From the IMG/VR virus record IMGVR_UViG_3300046010_005562: 64,000 bases of DNA. The stretch is one strand, 5' to 3'. Source of the stretch: a virus. The first letter of the stretch is position 1; each line of letters starts with the position of its first letter. Position numbers and translations under genes: made by a program. The notes beneath the pieces were generated by a model, which searched no databases, was not told where the DNA came from, and saw only the letters and a program-made list of their open reading frames with translations. Shown one piece after another: positions 9,106-18,068 of this stretch.

Positions 9106-10011
9106 TTAATATACTACTGACTCCATACCTACAATCAGATCTTTAGCTTCAACCCAAACATCACCAATTAAAAATTTATGTTTATCTGAACAAACTACTT
9201 TAAATCCATCTTCAAATTCAATTTCAAAACATTCAGGTTCACCTTCATCTAAAGTATCTGGATTCCAAACAGAAGTTACTTCTTTATCACCTTGTAAGGT
9301 TTTTACAATATCACCAACTACAAAATCCTGTACGGGTTTAACTCCTTCTGGTGTTTGAATCATAGTATCTTCAACTACACATCCACCACCAACAACATCC
9401 TTTGCATACAACTCCATAGTTTTGTATGTATGATTAATAACAACCATAGGAATATCTTTTAGAGTAAGGTGTGGTGTAACCATTCTAAATAAACTCTTAA
9501 CTTGCTTTGCTCTAGTCATATCAGCAGCAGATTTTCCTTCAAGAGCATCGTCTACTTCCTTCTTAGATGCAAGATTACCAATAGAGTCGATAAGAACAAT
9601 AACCTTATCTCCTCGTTCAATATTATTGATCTGTTGCATTAGATCAAACTTCAACTGTTCAATGTCTGTAATTGGTGTATGGAAAACTCTTTCCAAATCA
9701 ATTCCAAATGATTGGAAATATGATTGCGGAGATCCAAATTCAGAATCATAGAAAAGCAAAACTGATTCTGGATATTTATCCAAATATGCTTTTGCCATCA
9801 ATAAAGAAAATCCTGTCTTAAACATTTTTGAAACTCCAGCCCACATGGTAAGACCTGAAGTAAATCCTCCATCAAGTCTTGCTGATAAAGCAAGATTAAT
9901 TACAGGAACTGATGTGGATACCATTTCTTTATTATTAAAGACTTTCGATTTAGAAAGGATAGCCGAATCCTTAATTGTGCTTGTTTTTTTAAGTTTTTCA
10001 ATTAAACTCAT
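9106..10011 (-). CDS. uvsX: UvsX (RecA-like) N-terminal extein (210 aa) fused to split intein N-fragment (91 aa)
   Basis: AGVSKMFKT P-loop, FYDSEFG, IDSIGNLASKKE, DMTRAK, NHTY, VVGGG, then intein block A CVVEDTMIQTPEG and block B VCSDKHKF. Confidence 0.95.
   Translation of the reverse strand: MSLIEKLKKTSTIKDSAILSKSKVFNNKEMVSTSVPVINLALSARLDGGFTSGLTMWAGVSKMFKTGFSLLMAKAYLDKYPESVLLFYDSEFGSPQSYFQSFGIDLERVFHTPITDIEQLKFDLMQQINNIERGDKVIVLIDSIGNLASKKEVDDALEGKSAADMTRAKQVKSLFRMVTPHLTLKDIPMVVINHTYKTMELYAKDVVGGGCVVEDTMIQTPEGVKPVQDFVVGDIVKTLQGDKEVTSVWNPDTLDEGEPECFEIEFEDGFKVVCSDKHKFLIGDVWVEAKDLIVGMESVVY
9109..9381 (-). other. Split intein IntN
   Basis: Cys1 codon at 9379-9381; ends WVEAKDLIVGMESVVY-stop. 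Confidence 0.93.
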
Positions 10012-10025
10012 ATTATTCTCCTTTT

Positions 10026-10430
10026 TTAATGAATGGTTTTATTTCTAGATTCTCTCATACTTTCTAGTATATCTTCTTCATAATCTTTCATACTTAACAT
10101 AAGATCACCAATATCTATCTTATCAATTAATGCATTTTCAAGATCAAACACTAGTGCCATTTTTGATATTTTATTAAACATATTATTAACATAATTTACA
10201 GTTTCTAAAACACAATCATCTACTTCATAATTAGTAATATTTGTCATTATTACAATTGCCCTACTTTCCTCTATACTTTGATCTCTTCTACCATCTTCTA
10301 ATAAGAAGACCAAGGCACTTTGATAAACAATTCTTTCATATTCATCTTCAACCTCGTATATATGAATTGATACTAAAGATGTTGAAAATATTGCCCAATT
10401 TGGGATTGTTATTTTATTTAAATTTTTCAT
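10026..10430 (-). CDS. Hypothetical protein
   Basis: ORF fills the gap between gp43 and uvsX. Confidence 0.6.
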   Translation of the reverse strand: MKNLNKITIPNWAIFSTSLVSIHIYEVEDEYERIVYQSALVFLLEDGRRDQSIEESRAIVIMTNITNYEVDDCVLETVNYVNNMFNKISKMALVFDLENALIDKIDIGDLMLSMKDYEEDILESMRESRNKTIH

Positions 10431-10438
10431 ATATTATA

Positions 10439-13030
10439 TTAAAAGAAATCATCAATGGAATTACTTCTTTCCATTTTCCATTTTGCGGCTTCAACCAAGG
10501 GCATCATAGGTTTTAAAAATCCTTTTTCGTACATTAGATTATAGTCTATATATTGCTCTAAGTCAAATTCTTTTGGAAATTTATCTGGATAAGCTATAAC
10601 ATTTTCATGTGTTGGGTTAGGTAATTTTAAGTAAACATACTTAATTTTATCACCATCTTTAATAGAAGTTAGCTTTTTATCAAGATTCATATCCATCAAT
10701 ATTTTATTATATATTAAACTAGCTCTAACATAAATTGGGGTTCCTTTGGAATATATAGTTGAAGAATTTTTATATTTGTTAATACCATTAACTCCTTGAG
10801 GAAATGATATTTGATCTATAGTAAGATTGCGATATTCCTTTTTGAAATTCTCTACATAATCAATCAACTGATCTTCATCCCCAGATAAGAATATTTGTAG
10901 GCAATTCTTCAAAGATTTTTTAATCTCTTTTGGTGTTGTTGACTTAACAACTTCTAATCCTGTTACTTTAAGCTTTGGTTCAGAATATATAACTCCTTCA
11001 TTAGAATATACCAAAAGAGCATATCTCTTTTTAGCTCCTGTCCATATTCCAGAAGAACAAATCTTTTCCAATTTAAAGAAGATTTTATTAGAATAAGAGT
11101 TAACATAAGTCGAAAGATCATCAGTAATTGAATATACATAAGGCTGAATCTTCTCAACTGCAACCTTATTCAAAAATTCTGTGATTTTTCTAGGATCTGT
11201 TATTTCCTTTTTAACAGTTTTATTAACTAATTCTTCAAGAGTTAAAAGGATTGAGTCTGTGTCAATTCCAAGAACAAAATCTTTATCCTTAGTTCCCAAA
11301 GTAGTATTTAGGTATTTGTTAACATTGTCTTGAACAACCCTAATAGATAACTGACCTTCTAGAGTAATGGCTTCAGCTAATCTAACATCAAAAAATCTAA
11401 AAAATTTAGTTCCCATACACCCATACAAAGAATTCAAAGAAAGTTTCTTTGCTTGTTGTAATGTATCATATTTAGATATCTCATATTCCAAATCCTTTTG
11501 TTTCTTTAAAAGATCTGGATTGGAATTTTCTTTCAATTCAGAACAAATCAATTCATATTCCTTTTCAGCTTTAATTTTCTGAGATTTATAAGTCTGACGA
11601 ACAGCAAAAACATCTTCAACAATCTCTGTTAAGAATCCTTTTATATCGGTTCTAAAGAACTGACCATTTGGTGTTATAGTAACATTCATCTCTTTAAGTT
11701 TATCAAGATTTACTTTCTTAGATAATAGAGAATTAACATTTATTCCTGATGAAATAATATTTCTCATTTCTTCAGTGTAGTTTTCTGGATTTACTATTGT
11801 CTCTGGACTAATATTTTTACCCATAATAATACTAGGATATAGTGATGTTGCGTCTAAAGTAACAACCCATTTATGCAAACCAGCAATAGGTTCTTTTACA
11901 AAAGCTCCTTCATATCCAACATCTTCACCAATCTTAATCATAGGAACTTGTATGTTTTTTTTCTTTAGAAAATCATATATGATAGAATCCCACATTCTAG
12001 TTTGTGTAAAGATATCTTCATAGTTAGTTTTTGAGTCATATGCTAGGATTAAAGCCAAACTCAACAACTTACACTTATTATCAAGAGATTCGATTAGCTT
12101 AACATCTTGTATGTTATATTCAATAAACTTTTGAAAATCATTGATATATAAATTATGAAGAGAACCTTCATAATCAACTTTACTTTCCCCAATTTCAACA
12201 TTAACTATGGTATTAAGTTTATGATTTTCTTGAGAAGTTCCACCAGGTTGATACTTTTTATATAAGGTAACATAGTCTAATGTAGAAATTCCAATGATAT
12301 TATATGAAATCTCTTCACGCATAAACTTACCACCAACAACAATCTTGTTGGTTTTATCTCTAATAATTCCCCACGGAGATAATCTTTTAGTTTCCTTTTC
12401 TCCAAGAATCTTTCTAAACCTATTCACAACATACGGAATATCATATCCATCAATATTCCATCCTGTCATAGCATCAATACTCTCACTTTCCCAAAATTCT
12501 AAGAAAGTTTTACATAAAGTATATTCATCTTTACATCTAAAATATTTTACATCGTCAGGAGCATTAAATTCATTATATCCCCATACATAGGTATTAGGTT
12601 GTCCAAGAAATTTTATAGAAATAGATATAATAGGCTGAAAAGGATTTTCTGGATAAGAAAATCCGCCATCATCTGGATCTGAATTAACTTCGATATCGAA
12701 TATAGCTATTTTTATCTGTCTAATATCCCAATCAATAGGATCTTTAAAAACATCTGAAATAAAACAATATTGAAATCTATCATTACCATAGATTTTAAAG
12801 TTTTCTATAGCTTCATGTTTTTTGATGAATTCCTTAGTTTTTCTAATAGAACCCTTCTTTATCTTCTGAAGATATTCTCCAGTTAGAGTTTTATATTTAG
12901 ATTCGGAATTAGTTGGTATGAATAGAGAAGGAGAATAAGGGACTTTTGTTTTTACTCGTCTACCATTTCTATATCCTAAATATAGGATATCATCCCCTAA
13001 AATTTGGACATTTGTGTAAAAATTAGACAT
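10439..13030 (-). CDS. 43: T4 gp43-like family B DNA polymerase
   Basis: FDIEV, GWNIDGYD, YNIQDV exonuclease motifs; DATSLYPSII, KLSLNSLYG, DTDS, KKRY. Confidence 0.97.
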   Translation of the reverse strand: MSNFYTNVQILGDDILYLGYRNGRRVKTKVPYSPSLFIPTNSESKYKTLTGEYLQKIKKGSIRKTKEFIKKHEAIENFKIYGNDRFQYCFISDVFKDPIDWDIRQIKIAIFDIEVNSDPDDGGFSYPENPFQPIISISIKFLGQPNTYVWGYNEFNAPDDVKYFRCKDEYTLCKTFLEFWESESIDAMTGWNIDGYDIPYVVNRFRKILGEKETKRLSPWGIIRDKTNKIVVGGKFMREEISYNIIGISTLDYVTLYKKYQPGGTSQENHKLNTIVNVEIGESKVDYEGSLHNLYINDFQKFIEYNIQDVKLIESLDNKCKLLSLALILAYDSKTNYEDIFTQTRMWDSIIYDFLKKKNIQVPMIKIGEDVGYEGAFVKEPIAGLHKWVVTLDATSLYPSIIMGKNISPETIVNPENYTEEMRNIISSGINVNSLLSKKVNLDKLKEMNVTITPNGQFFRTDIKGFLTEIVEDVFAVRQTYKSQKIKAEKEYELICSELKENSNPDLLKKQKDLEYEISKYDTLQQAKKLSLNSLYGCMGTKFFRFFDVRLAEAITLEGQLSIRVVQDNVNKYLNTTLGTKDKDFVLGIDTDSILLTLEELVNKTVKKEITDPRKITEFLNKVAVEKIQPYVYSITDDLSTYVNSYSNKIFFKLEKICSSGIWTGAKKRYALLVYSNEGVIYSEPKLKVTGLEVVKSTTPKEIKKSLKNCLQIFLSGDEDQLIDYVENFKKEYRNLTIDQISFPQGVNGINKYKNSSTIYSKGTPIYVRASLIYNKILMDMNLDKKLTSIKDGDKIKYVYLKLPNPTHENVIAYPDKFPKEFDLEQYIDYNLMYEKGFLKPMMPLVEAAKWKMERSNSIDDFF

Positions 13031-13050
13031 TATATTACTTATAAAATAAA

Positions 13051-13074
13051 AACCCCTCTTGTTACAGAGGGGTT
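13051..13074 (-). terminator. Hairpin with U-tract upstream of gp43 (terminator or translational operator)
   Basis: aacccctct-tgttac-agaggggtt inverted repeat followed by a U-run on the minus strand. Confidence 0.65.
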
Positions 13075-13080
13075 GTTGGA

Positions 13081-13395
13081 TTAAACTACAATATTTGATT
13101 TTGGTGTTATGAGGCCACTGCCAAACATACTTCTGTATTGGTTTACAAATTCATTTCCAATCTCAATAGGTTTAATTATAACATGATCTTTGTGAAATCT
13201 CAAGCTATAATTTGCTCCACGATCAGCATGAATAGGATAAGGAACAAATCCAAAAGAAGGTTGATTTGAGTTTTTTGTTGGAATAATTAACAACTGAGCA
13301 GGTTCTTCTACAACATACTCATTAGTAGAGTCATCAAATGTAATATCTCCTACAATATCTTCATTAGTAATTAATCTCAAAGAACTAATAGACAT
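13081..13395 (-). CDS. Conserved T4-like hypothetical protein (possible Sm-like fold)
   Basis: LRLITNEDIVG...FVPY...NQYRSMFGSGLITP pattern, typical upstream of gp43 in far-T4 phages. Confidence 0.65.
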   Translation of the reverse strand: MSISSLRLITNEDIVGDITFDDSTNEYVVEEPAQLLIIPTKNSNQPSFGFVPYPIHADRGANYSLRFHKDHVIIKPIEIGNEFVNQYRSMFGSGLITPKSNIVV

Positions 13396-13396
13396 A

Positions 13397-13807
13397 TCAT
13401 ACCCCAGAATCTTCAGGGGTTTGAATAGCTGCTCTTAAAGAAGTTGAATCAACAGGAATTACAACCACTTCATTAGAAATTTGACCTCCTACTTTTTCTT
13501 TCAATGAATTTATATAAAGATCTTTATCTTCTTCAGAACTAAATGGAGAAGTATCAGCATAGATCAAAAGTTTATCTTCTTCAGACATCTTTAGAAGAGA
13601 AAAATCAATCCCTGTATAAGTAAATAAAATTTTCCCTCCTGCTTCTGAAATACTATTTAGAGTTTCATTGTCTCTAGCTTCAGCCAACCTTTTCAATGCT
13701 TGTTCTTCAGTACATCCAGTAATATCTACTTTTACAACAAGAACATCACCTTCACCAAGATTAAATTTTTCCAAAATTACATTTGCACTTTCAATTTCAT
13801 TTTCCAT
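13397..13807 (-). CDS. Hypothetical protein
   Basis: ORF with GGAGG RBS. Confidence 0.65.
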   Translation of the reverse strand: MENEIESANVILEKFNLGEGDVLVVKVDITGCTEEQALKRLAEARDNETLNSISEAGGKILFTYTGIDFSLLKMSEEDKLLIYADTSPFSSEEDKDLYINSLKEKVGGQISNEVVVIPVDSTSLRAAIQTPEDSGV

Positions 13808-13818
13808 ATTTCCTCCAA

Positions 13819-14175
13819 TTAAGCTTTTCTATATTTCATTTCATATTTTATATTTTCAGGAGTAAACCACTCTCTTAACATATCAATTACTATAGTTTCA
13901 TCAAATGATTTACAAGAAAATACATCAAAATACAAATCTCCGTTATGGTCCATAAAATGTCCCATAATATTTGATGTTTGAATAAACTGTAAAACAGTCC
14001 ATCCAGTTAAGTCTCCTTCTCCGAAATGGAGAACTTGAGGATCTCCAAAAGGAACCATGTCAATATTTTTTACTAATTCCTTAGTAAAATCAGAAATATA
14101 AACAGGGTCTTTGCTCTTAGATAAGTCGCAACCCTTAACATCTAAAATAAGATGATATCCCCAATAATCTTCCAT
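13819..14175 (-). CDS. Pyruvoyl-dependent decarboxylase, S-adenosylmethionine decarboxylase (SpeD)-like
   Basis: WGYHLILD..GC, QFIQTSNI.GHF, YFDVFSCK. Confidence 0.8.
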   Translation of the reverse strand: MEDYWGYHLILDVKGCDLSKSKDPVYISDFTKELVKNIDMVPFGDPQVLHFGEGDLTGWTVLQFIQTSNIMGHFMDHNGDLYFDVFSCKSFDETIVIDMLREWFTPENIKYEMKYRKA

Positions 14176-14209
14176 TAGCGTAATCTCCTAAAACATTTAA
14201 TATAAAATA

Positions 14210-14761
14210 TTATTTATAATAATCTAGTTTATTAACAGAGATTCCAAATTTCTTTAAAAAATCAATACCTTCTGTACTTTTATATTCTGTTGTATAATAG
14301 AATTCAGATATTTTAGCACCATATATCAGTTTAGCACAATTAATACAGCAAGAATGAGTACAAAATAAAGAAGCACCTTCAGAAGATTCATGAGAAGATG
14401 CTATCTTCATTAAGAGAGCCTCTTCAGCATGAGATACATAAGGTTTTGTTTTTAAATCATATCTACCAATAATAGGAGATTGAAGTTCATTATGAAATTT
14501 CTCATCACTATATTCAATGTGAGGCCATGTCTTTTCTATAAATTCAACATCAAGCCAAGCACCAGAATCTGGATTCATCCAAACTTTATCTTCGCAATTA
14601 TTATTCCATCCTCTAGGAGTTCCATTCCAAGAGAAAGAAATAATATTATCATTCTTAACTAAAATCGCACCAACTTTTAATTTTTCAGCATAGGACAATT
14701 GAGCAGTCCTATGTGCAACATCAATATAGAACTGTTTTAATTTATCTTTAATCATTATCAA
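14210..14761 (-). CDS. cd: dCMP deaminase
   Basis: KVGAILVK, NGTPRG, HAE, CINC zinc ligands. Confidence 0.88.
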   Translation of the reverse strand: MIMIKDKLKQFYIDVAHRTAQLSYAEKLKVGAILVKNDNIISFSWNGTPRGWNNNCEDKVWMNPDSGAWLDVEFIEKTWPHIEYSDEKFHNELQSPIIGRYDLKTKPYVSHAEEALLMKIASSHESSEGASLFCTHSCCINCAKLIYGAKISEFYYTTEYKSTEGIDFLKKFGISVNKLDYYK

Positions 14762-15105
14762 TAAAATCCACCAGAGAAATAATTATAATCCCATTCGATA
14801 TCTTTAATATATTTCTTCGGTGTATGTTTATTAGCAATAATATTTTCTAGTATCTTTGATGATATATCTTTAAATTTTGGAGTTTCTACTTCAAAAACAC
14901 AAGTGTAATTTTCATCATTAGAATTCATTCTAGTTTGAGCAATAGCTCTACCTTCCTTCTTTTTAAATTGATCATGATTTGATCTAAATGCCCAACCACA
15001 TTTAACAATATGTTTACCATCTACTTCAATTAGATCTGATACAATAGTTATATCACGGTTCTTCTTGAAATTACGAATATAAAAGGTTTTAATATTACTC
15101 ATCAA
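14758..15105 (-). CDS. Hypothetical protein
   Basis: GWAFRSNHDQFKKKEGR motif; GGAG RBS. Confidence 0.6.
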   Translation of the reverse strand: MMSNIKTFYIRNFKKNRDITIVSDLIEVDGKHIVKCGWAFRSNHDQFKKKEGRAIAQTRMNSNDENYTCVFEVETPKFKDISSKILENIIANKHTPKKYIKDIEWDYNYFSGGFY

Positions 15106-15118
15106 TTACTCCAATAAA

Positions 15119-15304
15119 TTAACATTTTTCAATAAATTCTTTATTCATAAAGAATATTCTTTTATCAGTTTCACTTTTTTTAATACCAACAAAAAGTATA
15201 CCATCAATCTTTTTAGTTGGCAAGCTTTCACTTGTATAGTAAATGTCTTGTGTTATTTTTGATCTTACTTTTTTAAGTGGTAAGAATTTAGGTTTACGTT
15301 TCAT
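15119..15304 (-). CDS. Small hypothetical protein
   Basis: AGGAG RBS, directly after a terminator. Confidence 0.6.
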   Translation of the reverse strand: MKRKPKFLPLKKVRSKITQDIYYTSESLPTKKIDGILFVGIKKSETDKRIFFMNKEFIEKC

Positions 15305-15317
15305 AAAAAACTCCTAT

Positions 15318-15343
15318 AAAAAAGGGAGAGGATTGTCTCTCCC
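15318..15343 (-). terminator. Rho-independent terminator after hsp20
   Basis: gggagag-gattgt-ctctccc with U-tract on the minus strand. Confidence 0.75.
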
Positions 15344-15368
15344 TCTTCATTAGATTATATCAGATGAA

Positions 15369-15836
15369 TTACAAAATATCAAGCTTTTTCATCTTTTTGT
15401 GTTCTGGAATGACGTTTTCTAACAAGATTACAAGAATGCCATTTTCCATAGAAGCACTTTTTACTTCAATAGAATCAGCTAATGTAAATTCTCTTGTGAA
15501 ATCTCTGTTAGCAATGCCTTTATGAATGTAGGAGACTCCTACTTCTTCTGGTTTACTTCCAACGATTGTTAATTTACTTTGATTAATGGTGATGTCAATA
15601 TTTTCTTTAGAAAATCCTGCGACAGCCATTTCAATAACATAAGTATACTCACCATCCTTTCTAATATTATAAGGAGGAAAATTACCTACTTTTGGAAGCA
15701 TTGAAATGTCATTTAGTTGATCCAAAATCCTATCAACACCAACCAACGAATTAAAAAATCTTGTTGGTAAGTGAAAATTTTCTTCCGAAAATTGATTGTT
15801 TGGAAATGTAGACATGTAATTATTTTCGATTTTCAT
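15369..15836 (-). CDS. hsp20: Small heat-shock protein Hsp20 (IbpA-like)
   Basis: FPPYNI, IEMAVAGF, HKGIANRDFTREF, ENGIL. Confidence 0.93.
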   Translation of the reverse strand: MKIENNYMSTFPNNQFSEENFHLPTRFFNSLVGVDRILDQLNDISMLPKVGNFPPYNIRKDGEYTYVIEMAVAGFSKENIDITINQSKLTIVGSKPEEVGVSYIHKGIANRDFTREFTLADSIEVKSASMENGILVILLENVIPEHKKMKKLDIL

Positions 15837-15952
15837 TTTATTTCTCCTTTTTAAGCGAGTTTATATTAAAAGTCTTCCCCCGAAGGCAGAAGTGTATTGG
15901 AGGAATATTTTACTTGCCTTTCCTCCAACTGCAAGTCCCATCCCGATGGGTT
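15837..15952 (-). ncRNA. Structured 5' UTR of hsp20: ROSE-like thermometer hairpin, UUCG hairpin and putative pseudoknot
   Basis: CUC(G)CUU pairs with AAGGAG; CUUCUGCC-UUCG-GGGGAAG; ACUUGC/GCAAGU crosses GUUGGAGGAA/UUCCUCCAAU; CCCAUC/GAUGGG. Confidence 0.65.
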
Positions 15953-16369
15953 TTATATCTTTTTCTTAAAAGAACCTATTTGATACTTAGAAATCAACTC
16001 GTAGTCTGGTTTCTCTTTATATGAAAGAATTTTAATTTGATTAAGTGGAACAATATCATGCTCAATAATTTCAGGATTTTTTATATTTAAAAGCTCCCAT
16101 TCTTCCAACAAAAATGCAATGGTATTTCTTCTTTGAATATCGTTTTCAGTAATATCAGAAGGTCTATTATCCATTTTAAATAATTCTTTAAAGTGCATTA
16201 TAGAATACCTACCTCTTTTGTGTAGAATATGAACGCTTTGATATAAAATTTTATCCTTCTTACTCAAAACTCCAATTCTAGTTAAAGTCTCTTTTATCTT
16301 AAGAAATGATTCTTCATTATCTAAAATAACCTCAACTCCTAATCCTTTAAAAATGTCTTCTTCCATCAT
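15953..16369 (-). CDS. regA: RegA translational repressor
   Basis: FLKIKETLTRIG, LYQSVHILHKRGRY.IMHFKELF. Confidence 0.95.
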   Translation of the reverse strand: MMEEDIFKGLGVEVILDNEESFLKIKETLTRIGVLSKKDKILYQSVHILHKRGRYSIMHFKELFKMDNRPSDITENDIQRRNTIAFLLEEWELLNIKNPEIIEHDIVPLNQIKILSYKEKPDYELISKYQIGSFKKKI

Positions 16370-16419
16370 TACAAGATCTCCAAAATAAATAACTTTAAAT
16401 AGTTTGTTAATACTTGTAT

Positions 16420-16427
16420 TATTTATA
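16420..16427 (-). promoter_or_regulatory. T4-type late promoter TATAAATA upstream of regA
   Basis: Exact consensus in intergenic DNA. Confidence 0.6.
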
Positions 16428-16432
16428 AAGAT

Positions 16433-16825
16433 TTAAATTTTAACAACACTACTTTTATCTAAGACTTTTCTTATATGGTTCAATTGATCTTCTGATATTA
16501 AATTTGATACTTCTTTAGCTTTTTTAAAAGAATAATTAAAATATTCCTGTATTAATTTAATATCATCATAAGAAGAACCAGACTTAATCCACTTTCTAAA
16601 AGGTCTTTTGTACGGTTTGATAGAATAAAACAAATAATCATACTGAAGTTTTTTATCCAGATTCTTATAAAAATTTAAATCTTGAGCGAATAAAATACAA
16701 TCTATATGATATGACAATGCTCTATTAACAACAAAAGGAACATACTCATTTTCTTCTATATTTGAATGTAGTTGATATTTCTTAGTATCTAAAATAGAAG
16801 GAATACAATCCTTAAAAAGATCCAT
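16433..16825 (-). CDS. 62: gp62 clamp loader small subunit
   Basis: YVPFVVNRALS, LQYDYL; synteny. Confidence 0.9.
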   Translation of the reverse strand: MDLFKDCIPSILDTKKYQLHSNIEENEYVPFVVNRALSYHIDCILFAQDLNFYKNLDKKLQYDYLFYSIKPYKRPFRKWIKSGSSYDDIKLIQEYFNYSFKKAKEVSNLISEDQLNHIRKVLDKSSVVKI

Positions 16826-17763
16826 TATACAAACTCCACATCATTTGCAAGTTCTAACAAAAAACACATTAATTGTATTTCTTGATCAGCAACAAAAGAA
16901 CTTTGAAATTGATATCTACCAACCAATAAAATTAATTGGGGAATATGAAATGGTTTAACAATAGAATGCATTCCATCATATATCTTACGATATATCAAAC
17001 TAACATCATTATCAAGACTAGAAACTACCCATTCACGAATCTTAGTAATATCTTTATCTTTAAGATAAACAATTAGTTCTTTTAGTTGAATATCTCCTAC
17101 TTGAGTAAGAATACCAACATCAATAGACCCATTTACAGAGTATCTCTGTAGTTCATTCAACACTCTCCTATTATCAGGAAAATATTTAGTTATGAAATTA
17201 GCAAGAACTTCTTTATTATATACAATATTTTCAAGATCAAGAATATTACAAACTCTCTTGAAAAACTGAGCCAATAGTTTACTCTTTTCTCCTTTATCAA
17301 TACCAAAATTAATTACAGAGCATCTTGAATGAATTGGTTCCATGATCTTATTAGCATGGTTACAAGTCATAATGAAAGTGCAATTTTTAGCATATAACTC
17401 AAGAAAGCTTCTAAATGCTAACTGAAAGTTTCCAGTTGTAGCATCAAACTCATCAAGAATAACTACCTTTCTTCCTCCTGTAATAGAAACAGATGTAGCA
17501 TATGATGTAATTTTAGTCCTTAACGTATCAATACCATTCTCATCTGAAGCATTAATAAAAAGATAATCACAACCAACATCCTTACAAAGAGCCTTTGCGA
17601 TGCTGGTCTTACCAACACCAGCACCACCAACCAAAAGGAGATTAGGAATCTCCTTTCGTTCTACATATTGTCTAAAAGTCTTTTTTATTTTTTCAGAAAG
17701 AATGCAATCTTCAACGGTTTGTGGTCTGTATTTTTCAACCCAAAGAAAATCAGTATTATGCAT
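16825..17763 (-). CDS. 44: gp44 clamp loader AAA+ subunit
   Basis: LWVEKYRP, GGAGVGKT, ILDEFD, SRC. Confidence 0.95.
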   Translation of the reverse strand: MHNTDFLWVEKYRPQTVEDCILSEKIKKTFRQYVERKEIPNLLLVGGAGVGKTSIAKALCKDVGCDYLFINASDENGIDTLRTKITSYATSVSITGGRKVVILDEFDATTGNFQLAFRSFLELYAKNCTFIMTCNHANKIMEPIHSRCSVINFGIDKGEKSKLLAQFFKRVCNILDLENIVYNKEVLANFITKYFPDNRRVLNELQRYSVNGSIDVGILTQVGDIQLKELIVYLKDKDITKIREWVVSSLDNDVSLIYRKIYDGMHSIVKPFHIPQLILLVGRYQFQSSFVADQEIQLMCFLLELANDVEFV

Positions 17764-17769
17764 AGTATA

Positions 17770-18054
17770 TTAAGAATTAGAGTTAGAAGAAATACCTTCA
17801 TAAAAGAGTTCAAACTCTTCATTTTCAGTTTGTTGTTCAGAAAAGTTTTGCTTATGATAAGTCTTAGCTATCTTGCGAATAATCTTCTTAGGAATCTTCA
17901 ACTCATCATATACATGATCAATAATACTCTTCATAGTATCTTTCTGAGCCTCCATCATTGTCATAACATCAGACATTTCTCTGATACTCTTCTTCAATTT
18001 ATTGAGTTCTTCTTCAGAAAAAGTTCCAAAAGTAGATGATACTGCATTTCCCAT
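17770..18054 (-). CDS. DsbA-like dsDNA-binding protein
   Basis: IREMSD...DELKIPKK..RKIAKTYHKQN...FELFYE resembles T4 DsbA. Confidence 0.65.
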   Translation of the reverse strand: MGNAVSSTFGTFSEEELNKLKKSIREMSDVMTMMEAQKDTMKSIIDHVYDELKIPKKIIRKIAKTYHKQNFSEQQTENEEFELFYEGISSNSNS

Positions 18055-18068
18055 AATATAATCTCCTA

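Noticed and set aside
7825-10011. uvsX as a pseudogene or frameshift
   Set aside because: Both halves have an RBS, intact motifs and complementary intein fragments at one precise junction.
1-14761. T4-type hydroxymethylcytosine DNA modification pathway
   Set aside because: No dCMP hydroxymethylase, dCTPase or alpha/beta-glucosyltransferase was recognised in the window; it cannot be excluded elsewhere in the genome.
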